Assembly (NCBI RefSeq): GCF_000025125.1
Contig: NC_013771.1
Location: forward strand, 30,001 to 62,000
Origin: Candidatus Atelocyanobacterium thalassa isolate ALOHA
Lineage (GTDB): Bacteria; Cyanobacteriota; Cyanobacteriia; Cyanobacteriales; Microcystaceae
DNA: 32,000 nt
Direction of reading: 5' to 3'
This document shows, piece after piece, positions 1 through 8,849 of this stretch. The notes under the pieces were generated by a model that saw nothing but the letters and a program-made list of their open reading frames with translations, was not told the DNA's origin and ran no database searches. Numbering within the stretch: the stretch's first letter is position 1; each line of letters starts with the position of its first letter. The position numbers were made by a program, and so were the translations under genes.

Positions 1-656
1 TGTACTAATTCTTCAGTACGGCCTTGAAATATCATTGCTATTTTAGCAACAATCTTATGATATTGATTAGAAGTAATTAGTTTTTGGCAGACTCCAGGAC
101 AGCGACCAATATCATAGTTTAAACAAGGTCGATCCTTAAATAAAGGACGCTTTCTTTGGCGTAAAGGAAAAACACGTCTAACTAAACGCAGTGTTTCTCG
201 TAATTTATGGGTATCAACATATGGTCCGTAATAGCGATCTTTTTTATTATCGAGTCGTCTTTTACGAGTAATAAATATTCTTGGATATTCTTCAGACCAA
301 GTAATACAAACATAAGGATATTTTTTATCATCTTTTAAAAGTACATTAAAGTATGGTTGATATTGCTTAATTAAATTAGCTTCTAAAGCTAGTGCTTCTG
401 CTTCATTATCAGTAACAATGAATTCAATATTATTAACTTGTTGAAGCATTAAGTTAATACGAGGGGTATGGTATTGACCTTCTTGGAAATAGGAGCGAAC
501 CCTTACCCTTAAGCGTTTTGACTTACCAATATAAAGAATATCTTCTTGTTTATCTAGCATTAGATAAACTCCAGGCTCTAATGGAAATTCTTTTAGTTTA
601 TTCTTTAAAGCATTGTTATTGAGCAATAATTGTTTATACTTTTGCATAACCAACAT
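1..656 (-). CDS. uvrC: Excinuclease ABC subunit C (UvrC), N-terminal ~218 codons only; the rest of the gene lies beyond the window start
   Basis: Missing from the supplied ORF track because it runs off the window edge. My reverse-strand translation from ATG 656 reads [58 protein letters not shown]...[40 protein letters not shown]...YYGPYVD...[19 protein letters not shown]. This is a GIY-YIG nuclease module followed by the Cys-containing UvrC region. An in-frame ATG at 647 is an alternative start. Confidence 0.85.
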   Translation of the reverse strand, partial: MLVMQKYKQLLLNNNALKNKLKEFPLEPGVYLMLDKQEDILYIGKSKRLRVRVRSYFQEGQYHTPRINLMLQQVNNIEFIVTDNEAEALALEANLIKQYQPYFNVLLKDDKKYPYVCITWSEEYPRIFITRKRRLDNKKDRYYGPYVDTHKLRETLRLVRRVFPLRQRKRPLFKDRPCLNYDIGRCPGVCQKLITSNQYHKIVAKIAMIFQGRTEELV

Positions 657-1026
657 CTTAGTAATTAATATTTTCTAAGTATGAAAATATTAATTATTTA
701 TATCATTATTTAAGATTGGTATATCTGATATATTAATTTACACACTTATAATTACAATATTACCAAGAAATTAGTTGTTTAAGATAAAAATCAAATTTCT
801 TAAAAAATAATTAAGTAGATTAATTCTTTGTTAAGACTTATTATTTTAGTAAGTCTTTTTATGTATTTTTTTAATGCAATATTAACGTAATTTACAAACT
901 CTGAACTATGGACTTGCTTATATTAAGCATTTATTATGAAAATAATATGAGTTTGTTAATTTTTACTGTTTATCTTATTTCCGTTTTAGGTATTTTACCT
1001 ACTATCATAATAGCATTACTTAAATA

Positions 1027-2373
1027 ATGTATATGTTAGATAATATTCAATTAGTTTTATCAATAGGAGTTGCTAAAATAACAACTTCTATTGTCAGATT
1101 TCTAAAGTTAGGAGCTGCAAGTGTTCTCCCTGGAGCAATTTCTCGGTATTTTTATCCAAAAATTTTATCAAAATTATGTGAACAAGTTACTGAAGGAATT
1201 GTTATAGTTATTGGTACAAACGGTAAGACTACAACATCTCTTTTGTTGAGAACTATTTTAGAAAATCAGGGATGGAAAGTTACTCATAATCGAACTGGGG
1301 CTAACTTAGTTAATGGTTTAATAACAGCATTATTAGAAGATACTAACATAATAGGAAAGTTGACTACAGATTTCGCAATTTTAGAAGTAGACGAAAATAT
1401 TATCGCTTTATTACTGAAAGAGTGTAAACCTAAAATAATTATCGGTTTAAATCTATTTAGAGACCAGTTAGATCGCTATGGAGAAGTAGATTCAATAAGC
1501 TTAGCTTGGCAAAAAGCAATTAGCCCTCTTCCGCATGAAACAACAATTATTTTAAATGCTGATGATCCAACGCTATCTTACTTAGGACAGCAATTATCTC
1601 AACAAACCTTTTATTTCGGTTTATCAGAGTCTGAACAATATTTGGAAGAGATTCCTCATGCAGCAGATTCAATATATTGCCCAAGTTGTGGTCATATCTT
1701 AAAGTACGAGGGATTTTATCTTTCTCACTTAGGAGATTTTTACTGCTCAAGGTGTAGCTTTAAAAAAAGTCAACTAGATCTTATTAGCAAAGATTGGCCA
1801 CAAATATTAGTTGGCATACATAATAAATACAATACATTAGCTGCAGGACTGGCTTCTAGAAAACTTGGTGTTGAAATGCCTAAAATTTTTAGCACTGTAA
1901 AAACTTTCAAACCAGCTTTTGGCAGAGCAGAAGAATTAACTGTTAACGATAAAAAAATTTGTATTCTGTTGTCAAAAAATCCTGTAGGCATGAATGAAAC
2001 TATAAAGATAGTAAATAATTCTAAAAAAGAAGGATGTTCCTCAACAACTTTATTAATCCTAAATGATAGAATACCTGACGGTATAGATGTTTCCTGGATT
2101 TGGGATGTAGATACAGAACTCTTGGTCAAATTAGGTGGCAATCTAATAGTAAGTGGTGATCGAAGTTATGATATGGCCTTACGTTTAAAATATAGTCAAC
2201 AAAATTTAATAAGCTCAAACAGTATATTTAACTTAATTGTTGAAGAAAATTTAAACGAAGCTATAAAAATAGCTCTAAATCTAACCACAAAAACAGAAAC
2301 TTTATATATAGTTCCTACTTATTCTGCCATGTTGGAAGTAAGAGAAATAATAATCGGACGTAAAATTTTATAA
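1027..2373 (+). CDS. murT: Mur-ligase family protein with MurT architecture (lipid II isoglutaminyl synthase subunit-like)
   Basis: 448-aa ORF. It has the Mur-ligase P-loop GTNGKTTTS, a four-Cys ribbon (CPSCGH...CSRCSF) inserted in the central domain, and a C-terminal DUF1727-type region. That combination is typical of MurT rather than MurC-F. Confidence 0.7.
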   Translation: MYMLDNIQLVLSIGVAKITTSIVRFLKLGAASVLPGAISRYFYPKILSKLCEQVTEGIVIVIGTNGKTTTSLLLRTILENQGWKVTHNRTGANLVNGLITALLEDTNIIGKLTTDFAILEVDENIIALLLKECKPKIIIGLNLFRDQLDRYGEVDSISLAWQKAISPLPHETTIILNADDPTLSYLGQQLSQQTFYFGLSESEQYLEEIPHAADSIYCPSCGHILKYEGFYLSHLGDFYCSRCSFKKSQLDLISKDWPQILVGIHNKYNTLAAGLASRKLGVEMPKIFSTVKTFKPAFGRAEELTVNDKKICILLSKNPVGMNETIKIVNNSKKEGCSSTTLLILNDRIPDGIDVSWIWDVDTELLVKLGGNLIVSGDRSYDMALRLKYSQQNLISSNSIFNLIVEENLNEAIKIALNLTTKTETLYIVPTYSAMLEVREIIIGRKIL

Positions 2374-2558
2374 AACTTTATTACAAAGGATAGATTAGAG
2401 ATCAAATAAGTCTATATATGTATTGATGAAGCAATATTATTAAATTTGTTATCATGGTCACAATATGGAAAATTTGAAACATGAAAAACTAAAATTTAAG
2501 TAAGAACAAAATTGTCTAGTTACGTTAATATCTTCTTTAGTTTGCTGAAAGTTATTTC

Positions 2559-3062
2559 ATGATCTGTAACAAAGTTCTAGTATTAAATGCATCTTACGAG
2601 CCACTTAACATAACTAGTTGGCGAAGAGCAGTAGTTTTGTTAATTAAAGGGAAGGCAGAACAACTTGAAAATAACAAAACACTAATTTATTATCACTTCC
2701 CCCTTCCTTCTGTTATTCGTTTACGCCACTATGTTAGAGTTCCCTATAAAAGAATCCCCCTAACTCGCCGTAATATATTAGAGCGTGATTGTTATACATG
2801 TCAGTATTGTAATGCTCAAACAGAAAAATTGACACTAGACCATGTAATTCCTCGTTCTCGTGGGGGTGGAGATACTTGGGAAAATATTGTTACTGCTTGT
2901 GTTAAATGTAATATAAAAAAAGGTAACCGTACTCCTAAAGAAGCAAAAATGAATATAATAAATTCTTCGAAGAAGCCATATAGTAGTTTACAGTTTGAGA
3001 TATTTAAACATACTAAAGCAAATTTTAATCGTGAGTGGCATAAATATATTATTGGTATCTGA
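2559..3062 (+). CDS. HNH endonuclease family protein (small, conserved cyanobacterial type)
   Basis: 167 aa with CYTCQYC...LTLDHVIPRSRGGGDTWENIVTACVKCNIKKGNRTPKEA. This is an HNH beta-beta-alpha-Me motif flanked by two CxxC pairs. Confidence 0.8.
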   Translation: MICNKVLVLNASYEPLNITSWRRAVVLLIKGKAEQLENNKTLIYYHFPLPSVIRLRHYVRVPYKRIPLTRRNILERDCYTCQYCNAQTEKLTLDHVIPRSRGGGDTWENIVTACVKCNIKKGNRTPKEAKMNIINSSKKPYSSLQFEIFKHTKANFNREWHKYIIGI

Positions 3063-3202
3063 TATAGTTTAAATATATAAATAAGTTAATTGGTCAAATC
3101 TTTTACCCTAAGAATAAAATTCTTACTAAAAAAATTAGTTATATGTTATAGTAGTATTTCGTACGTAAGTGCAAAACATTATTAGTGTTTTGACTGACAT
3201 AT

Positions 3203-3520
3203 GGGGGCGTGGCGGAATGGTAGACGCTACGGACTTAAATAATTGAGCCTTGTTAAAGAGATTTAACAAGTGTAAGTTCTCAAATTCAGGGAATCCTAAG
3301 TCTTTGTTAATCTATGATTTAGATAAGGCAATCCTGAGCCAAGCTTATTCTTATAAAAGATTAGGAAGGTGCAGAGACTCGACGGGAACTACCCTGTATT
3401 AAATAAAGGGTAAAGAGAGAGTCCAATTCTTAAAGTCTAATTAGATAATAGCGAAAGCTATATAAGGGATGAAAATCCGTTGACCGCAAGGTCGTGAGAG
3501 TTCAAGTCTCTCCGCCCCCA
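3203..3520 (+). tRNA. trnL: tRNA-Leu(UAA) interrupted by a group I intron (exons 3203-3236 and 3472-3520; CCA not encoded)
   Basis: Acceptor stem GGGGGCG (3203-3209) pairs with CGCCCCC (3513-3519), followed by discriminator A at 3520. D-arm is GCGGAATGGTAGACGC. Anticodon stem ACGGA/TCCGT encloses loop CTT|AAAA, giving UAA when the exons are joined. Long variable arm is TGACCGCAAGGTCGT and T-arm is GAGAGTTCAAGTCTCTC. Confidence 0.92.
3237..3471 (+). other. Group I self-splicing intron (cyanobacterial/plastid tRNA-Leu type), 235 nt, no internal ORF
   Basis: Inserted between anticodon positions 34 and 35. It carries the conserved core blocks of the tRNA-Leu intron: AATTGAGCC, TTCAGGGAATCCTAAG, GCAATCCTGAGCCAAG, AGGTGCAGAGACTCGACGGGA and AGAGAGAGTCCAATTCTTAAAG. 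The intron ends in G immediately before the AAAATCCGT exon. Confidence 0.9.
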
Positions 3521-3528
3521 CTACTTTT

Positions 3529-3600
3529 CTAAAATCATATCTAAAATATATAACCATGGATTACTCAATCCATGGTTATATATTTTAGATATGATTTTAG
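3529..3600. terminator. Perfect 34-bp inverted repeat with 4-nt loop, between convergent tRNA-Leu and rnj; probable bidirectional terminator or processing hairpin
   Basis: Left arm CTAAAATCATATCTAAAATATATAACCATGGATT (3529-3562), loop ACTC (3563-3566). Right arm AATCCATGGTTATATATTTTAGATATGATTTTAG (3567-3600) is the exact reverse complement, checked base by base. Confidence 0.6.
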
Positions 3601-3689
3601 TTGAAACAATATTACCTGCGAATTTCTAGGAAATTAGTCATGATAATCATTAGCTACAATTAAAGTTCAAAAGTCAAATATATCTTAAA

Positions 3690-5489
3690 TCAAGATGCTG
3701 CGGAAGCTGTTGATCGGCGTCGACGATAAACTTTTGGATTAGCTTTAGATTTTGTCTCAGAAATGGCAGGAATATCAGAAGTGGTAGAAACAGAAGTATC
3801 TGAAATCTGTAAAACGAATATTACCAATGGTTCACTGCGTAACTCTCTTTTTATAAGCCTTTGCAAGGTGCTTTCTATTTCTTCTTTGACATAAGACCAA
3901 TTAATTTTATTTTTATTATTAATTGCAACAAAATCTTCCCAGCGATTCTTTAAAATATTTTCAATTGCTCGTACGACAAGTTGTTGCAATACATTTTTTT
4001 CTACTTTAGTTACTACGCCACGAAGATCAACTTGCGGAGAATCTATCAACTCTCTATCTTCACCAATAGATGCTGAAACTATTATAACTCCGTCTTTAGC
4101 AAGTTGCTGACGATCTTGTAGTACATTTTCATGTACGACACCTGACTGATCAACTAGTTCAATACCAGAAGGTACCTTACCAGCAACATTAATACTATTA
4201 TTAGATAATTCTATTACGTCTCCGTTTTTTACTATAATAATATTTTCTGAACTAATACCCATCTCATAAGCAGTTTGTGCATGTTTTACTAGCATTCGGT
4301 GCTCTCCATGAACTGGGACAAAAAACTTAGGACGAGTTAAGGCTAACATTAATTTGTGATCTTCTTGAGAACCATGACCAGAAACATGAATACCATGATG
4401 GCGTCCATAAATAACATTTGCTCCCTGCATCATTAAGCGATCAATAGTATTAACAACAGAAATAGTATTTCCTGGTATGGGATTAGCTGAAAAAACAATA
4501 GTATCCCCTTGACGCACTTTTATATGATTATGCTCACCTCGGGAAATACGTGTTAAAGCAGCTAATGGTTCACCTTGCGATCCAGTAGTCAAAATAAGAA
4601 CTTGTTTGTCAGGTATATTACGTGCTGCCTTAAGCGGGATAAATAAATCTTCTGAACATGTTATGTAGCCTAATGTTCTTGCATGAGCAATAACATTTAA
4701 CATAGAGCGTCCGATGACAACAACTTTTCGTTTATGTTTTTGAGCAAGTTGTAGGATTATATTAACTCGATGAACTGAAGAGGCAAAAGTAGTTACCATC
4801 AAGCGTCCTTCGGTTTGAGATATTATGCGGTCTAAATTTGGATAAACAGATCTTTCGGAGGCAGTACTTCCAGGAAGTTCAGCGTTAGTAGAATCACTTA
4901 ATAAACAAAGTACTCCTTTTTCTCCATGCTCAGCGAGTTTTTGAAAATCAAAATATTCACCGTCAATAGGTGTATAGTCAACTTTAAAATCTCCAGTATG
5001 AATAATAACGCCTAAAGGTGTATGAATAGCTAAAGTAAAACTATCAGCTATTGAATGAGTATTACGAATAAATTCTACTAAGAAAGATGAACTAATTCTA
5101 GTCATTTCTCTTGGCTCAACTGTTTTTAGAGTAGTACGATCAGCAACTCCGGCTTCATGTAATTTATCTCTTAATAATGCAATAGCAAGTTTTGGGCCAT
5201 AAATAATAGGAATATCAAATTGTTTCAAATGATATGCAATTCCACCTATATGATCTTCATGTCCATGAGTAGCTATCATCCCTTTGATTTTATGACGATT
5301 TTCTCTAAGATAAGTCATGTCGGGGAGAACAATATTTACCCCATGCATTTCATCAGTTGGAAAGGCAATACCTGCATCAATTAAGATTATTTCGTCTCCA
5401 TATTCTAAAACGCATGTATTCTTGCCAATTTCATGGAGTCCTCCTAAAGGAATAATTTTTAATGTTGATTCTTTAGTAATTTGATTCAT
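3690..5489 (-). CDS. rnj: Ribonuclease J (metallo-beta-lactamase / beta-CASP RNase)
   Basis: HGHEDHIGG zinc motif and LKIIPLGGLHEIGKN N-terminus, with beta-CASP and C-terminal domains throughout. I place the start at ATG 5489 (MNQITKE...) because AAGGAG lies 5 nt upstream. The ORF-track start at 5543 adds 18 residues that read through the ribosome-binding site. Confidence 0.9.
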   Translation of the reverse strand: MNQITKESTLKIIPLGGLHEIGKNTCVLEYGDEIILIDAGIAFPTDEMHGVNIVLPDMTYLRENRHKIKGMIATHGHEDHIGGIAYHLKQFDIPIIYGPKLAIALLRDKLHEAGVADRTTLKTVEPREMTRISSSFLVEFIRNTHSIADSFTLAIHTPLGVIIHTGDFKVDYTPIDGEYFDFQKLAEHGEKGVLCLLSDSTNAELPGSTASERSVYPNLDRIISQTEGRLMVTTFASSVHRVNIILQLAQKHKRKVVVIGRSMLNVIAHARTLGYITCSEDLFIPLKAARNIPDKQVLILTTGSQGEPLAALTRISRGEHNHIKVRQGDTIVFSANPIPGNTISVVNTIDRLMMQGANVIYGRHHGIHVSGHGSQEDHKLMLALTRPKFFVPVHGEHRMLVKHAQTAYEMGISSENIIIVKNGDVIELSNNSINVAGKVPSGIELVDQSGVVHENVLQDRQQLAKDGVIIVSASIGEDRELIDSPQVDLRGVVTKVEKNVLQQLVVRAIENILKNRWEDFVAINNKNKINWSYVKEEIESTLQRLIKRELRSEPLVIFVLQISDTSVSTTSDIPAISETKSKANPKVYRRRRSTASAAS

Positions 5490-5658
5490 TTTCTCCTTGG
5501 TTATTTCTCCTTGGTTATCTAAAACGTATATTGATAAAATCAATACTGTAAAAATTTAAAATTTAAGTAAAAACTATAATTAAATAATATTTAATTTATT
5601 TTTTTAATGTCTATTAATAATTAATCATTTGCCTATTCTAAATTAACATTATTACTAA

Positions 5659-6558
5659 TTATTTATTTTCAACTAACATTAACTCTTCTAGCACTAGTCT
5701 AATTTCTTCATTTAATGTTTGTGATATTTCTACTAAAGGAAGTCTAACTCCTCCTACAAACCATCCTTGCAAATTTAATGCTGCTTTAATCGGAATTGGA
5801 TTAGTTGTACAAAATAAAACTTTAAATAACGGAAAAAGTTTTAAGTTTATTTCACTTGCTCGGCTTTCTTCGTTTTCGTTAAATGCTTGTATCATTTTTT
5901 GAATTTCTAACCCAACTAAGTGACTGGCAACGCTAATAACACCAACACCTCCGACCGTAAGGAAGGGTAAGGCTAAACAATCGTCTCCTGCATAAATTGA
6001 AAAAGAAAGGTCAGTCATCAAACGAGTTGTACAGACTTGCTCTAAATTATTAGAAGCTTCTTTAATACCAGTAATATTTTCAATCTCTGCTAATTTAGCA
6101 ATAGTTTCTGGTAGTAAATTTCGGCCAGTACGTCCAGGTACATTATATAAAATAATAGGAAGATCACTAACAGATTGAGCAATTTTTTTAAAGTGTTGAT
6201 ACAATCCCTCTTGCGGGGGTTTGTTATAGTAAGGAACCACTTGTAAGGATCCATCTAATCCCATTTTAGAAATTTCTTTAGTCATTTCAATAGCATTGAC
6301 TGTAGAATTTGATCCTGTACCAGCAATAACTTTTGCCTTGTCCCCTACAGTTTTTTTAACTACCTGGAATAACTTAGATTTTTCTGACCAGCTTAAAGTA
6401 GGTGACTCTCCAGTGGTGCCGCATACAACTAAGCTATCACTGCCGTTATTAACTAGATGAGTAGCCAATTGTTCTGCAATAGAATAATTAATATTTCCTT
6501 CTTTATCAAATGGAGTTACCATAGCGGTAATTACTTTGCCAAAACTTCGATCACTCAT
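5659..6558 (-). CDS. dapA: 4-hydroxy-tetrahydrodipicolinate synthase
   Basis: 299 aa with [30 protein letters not shown] and the Schiff-base lysine context GIKEAS. Confidence 0.9.
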   Translation of the reverse strand: MSDRSFGKVITAMVTPFDKEGNINYSIAEQLATHLVNNGSDSLVVCGTTGESPTLSWSEKSKLFQVVKKTVGDKAKVIAGTGSNSTVNAIEMTKEISKMGLDGSLQVVPYYNKPPQEGLYQHFKKIAQSVSDLPIILYNVPGRTGRNLLPETIAKLAEIENITGIKEASNNLEQVCTTRLMTDLSFSIYAGDDCLALPFLTVGGVGVISVASHLVGLEIQKMIQAFNENEESRASEINLKLFPLFKVLFCTTNPIPIKAALNLQGWFVGGVRLPLVEISQTLNEEIRLVLEELMLVENK

Positions 6559-6641
6559 TCGTCTTGTTATAAATTATATTTCCTTCTGAAAGTGTATTGA
6601 GTGAATATTTTACTTAACCATTTAATGTCAGTCCTGTCAAG

Positions 6642-7655
6642 TTAATAATTTTTACTAATTAATAATTCAGCTATTTGAACTGCATTTAAAGCCGCTCCTT
6701 TAAGAATTTGATCACCACAAATCCACAATTCTAAACAACAAGGATGAGAAAAATCCTGGCGAATTCTTCCTACCAATACATTCTCATCATGAGAAGCGTT
6801 AATTGGCATAGGAAAATAATTTTTTTGCCAATCTTCAAGCAATTGAACCCCTGGAGTTTTAAGAAGAATTTCTCTTGCTTCCTCTACTGAGAATGGCTCA
6901 TCAAATTCCAAGTTGATTGACTCAGAATGAGCTCTTAATATCGGTACTCTGACACAAGTTGCTGTTATTCTTAAATTTGGTTCGTTGAAAATTTTTTGAG
7001 TTTCGTTAATCATTTTGACCTCTTCTTCACAATATCCTATGTCGGTCATATTAGAGTTATGGAGAAAAAGATTAAAAGCTAATGGATAAGGTAAGATATC
7101 TGTTTCAGGTTCTTTGTTATTTAAAATATTTTTAAATTGTTGCTTCATTTCTTCCATTGCTTTCGTACCAGCTCCGCTAACAGCTTGGTAGGTAGATACA
7201 ACTATTCTTCTGATAGGTCTAATTTTATGCAATGGATAAATAGTCATAGCCATAAGAATAGTTGTACAATTAGGGTTTGCAATAACTTGATTATGGCCAA
7301 TTAAAGAGCTAGGATTAATCTCTGGTATTACTAAAGGAACGTCAGGATTTAATCGAAAAGCACTAGAGTTGTCTATCATCAAGGCTCCTGCCTTTCTAAT
7401 GGTTTCTAACCAAGCTTTCGAAATGGAACTTCCAGCAGAAGCTAGCACTAAGTCAATATTATCAAAAGAGCTTTTGTTAACTTCTTCTACTTCTAACATC
7501 TCTCCCCTAAACATTAATTTACTTCCTATGGAACGATGAGAAGCTAAAAGCTTAAGATTATTTAAAGGAAAGTTTCGACTCTCCAAGAGCCTTAATATCT
7601 CAGTACCAACAGCTCCTGTTGCTCCTAATATAGCAATATTGATTGGCTTAGACAA
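6642..7655 (-). CDS. asd: Aspartate-semialdehyde dehydrogenase
   Basis: 337 aa with Rossmann motif IAILGATGAVG, active-site ANPNCTT and SGAG. The order asd-dapA-rnj matches Synechocystis-type synteny. Confidence 0.9.
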   Translation of the reverse strand: MSKPINIAILGATGAVGTEILRLLESRNFPLNNLKLLASHRSIGSKLMFRGEMLEVEEVNKSSFDNIDLVLASAGSSISKAWLETIRKAGALMIDNSSAFRLNPDVPLVIPEINPSSLIGHNQVIANPNCTTILMAMTIYPLHKIRPIRRIVVSTYQAVSGAGTKAMEEMKQQFKNILNNKEPETDILPYPLAFNLFLHNSNMTDIGYCEEEVKMINETQKIFNEPNLRITATCVRVPILRAHSESINLEFDEPFSVEEAREILLKTPGVQLLEDWQKNYFPMPINASHDENVLVGRIRQDFSHPCCLELWICGDQILKGAALNAVQIAELLISKNY

Positions 7656-8212
7656 TTAACATTCCTCTCTACGTTATCGAGATGAAAATTATATCACTCT
7701 ATAATAATTTTCAAAACTTATTTTTATTAATAATTAATATCTAATTTTTCTTAAGTAGCAGACGACACAATACGAAACAATAATCTAATTAGTTATTGAT
7801 TGATAAAATTTATCCTAATTGATTAACTGGAATTAGTTCAAACAATTAAAAAAACAATACTCTGACTAATTCCCACCAATTTTCTGTGTCACGTCTTTTG
7901 ATTAGGTTAAGCTAAAGTAAACTGTTTTAAAATTTATCGAGTTTCTAGTACTGTTAATTAAAAAAACCAAATATGAATATGATTGATTAATTTTTTATCT
8001 ATATTTTTATTTTTACAGAATGTAAACGGCTTATCATATTCAATAACTATACATAACAATATTTTTTACTAAAATTACGAAAGGTGGTATAAACTATGAT
8101 AGTAATGGGAAATCATAACAAGCGAGTATATGTAATATTTTATTGCTAGATATTAATTATTTCCCATTTCACTTTAAATTAACCTTAACTTTCTAAGCTC
8201 TAAAAACCTTTC

Positions 8213-8773
8213 ATGATTTCTAGTAATGATTTTCGGAGCGGTGTCACTATTGAACTAGATGGATCAGTGTGGCGCGTCATTGAGTTTCTACATGTCAAGC
8301 CTGGTAAAGGCTCAGCCTTCGTTCGAACCAAGTTAAAAAATGCTCAAACAGGAAATGTAGTCGAGAAAACTTTTCGTGCAGGGGAAAGTGTTCGTCAAGC
8401 TAATCTTGAAAAACGTACTATGCAGCATACCTATAAAGATTCAGGACAATATGTCTTTATGGATATGGAAACTTTTGAAGAGGTCCAGTTAAGTCTTCAA
8501 CAGATGGGAACAACTGTAAGTTACGTCAAAGAAGAAATGGAGGTTGATATTCTTTTCTGGGATGGAAAAGTATTAGAAGTTCAATTACCTACTTCTGTTA
8601 TTTTGGAAATTACAGAGACTGATCCTGGCGTAAAAGGAGATACTGCTACAGGTGGTACAAAACCTGCCATTGTAGAAACTGGAGCACAAATAATGGTCCC
8701 TTTATTTATCTCTATTGGGGAGAGGATTAAGGTCGACACTCGTGATGGTTCTTATTTAGGACGGGAAACTTAA
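8213..8773 (+). CDS. efp: Translation elongation factor P
   Basis: 186 aa. It has the FRSG...[22 protein letters not shown] loop with the conserved Lys, and KOW/OB domains throughout. Confidence 0.95.
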   Translation: MISSNDFRSGVTIELDGSVWRVIEFLHVKPGKGSAFVRTKLKNAQTGNVVEKTFRAGESVRQANLEKRTMQHTYKDSGQYVFMDMETFEEVQLSLQQMGTTVSYVKEEMEVDILFWDGKVLEVQLPTSVILEITETDPGVKGDTATGGTKPAIVETGAQIMVPLFISIGERIKVDTRDGSYLGRET

Positions 8774-8777
8774 AATT

Positions 8778-8811
8778 AAAACTGGTTGTCTATTCTTAGA
8801 TAACCAGTTTT
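8778..8811 (+). terminator. Stem-loop between efp and accB (attenuator or partial terminator)
   Basis: AAAACTGGTTGTCTA (8778-8792), loop TTCT, then TAGATAACCAGTTTT (8797-8811). That gives 15 bp with one G-U pair, and the stem ends in a T run. Confidence 0.5.
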
Positions 8812-8849
8812 AATACCTATTTAAACGTATTTTTACGAATAGTTATAGG

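Noticed and set aside
833-862. Orphan terminator-like hairpin AAGACTTA-N9-TAAGTCTT followed by TTTTTA on the + strand, in the uvrC/murT divergent spacer. It could be the end of a small RNA.
   Set aside because: The stem is only 8 bp of AT-rich sequence, there is no upstream + strand gene or convincing promoter, and such hairpins arise readily by chance at this composition. It would be worth revisiting only if RNA-seq shows a discrete transcript.
3151-3164. GTAGTATTTCGTAC, a perfect NtcA-type GTA-N8-TAC palindrome about 40-50 nt upstream of tRNA-Leu.
   Set aside because: By a rough base-composition estimate, about ten such matches are expected by chance in a 32-kb AT-rich window. There is no clear -10 box at the required spacing, and nitrogen control of a tRNA gene is not expected.
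5490-5543. 18-codon N-terminal extension of RNase J (MILSIYVLDNQGEITKEK) given by the ORF track.
   Set aside because: The extension reads through a duplicated AAGGAG ribosome-binding site that is correctly spaced for ATG 5489. Conserved RNase J sequence begins only after that Met.
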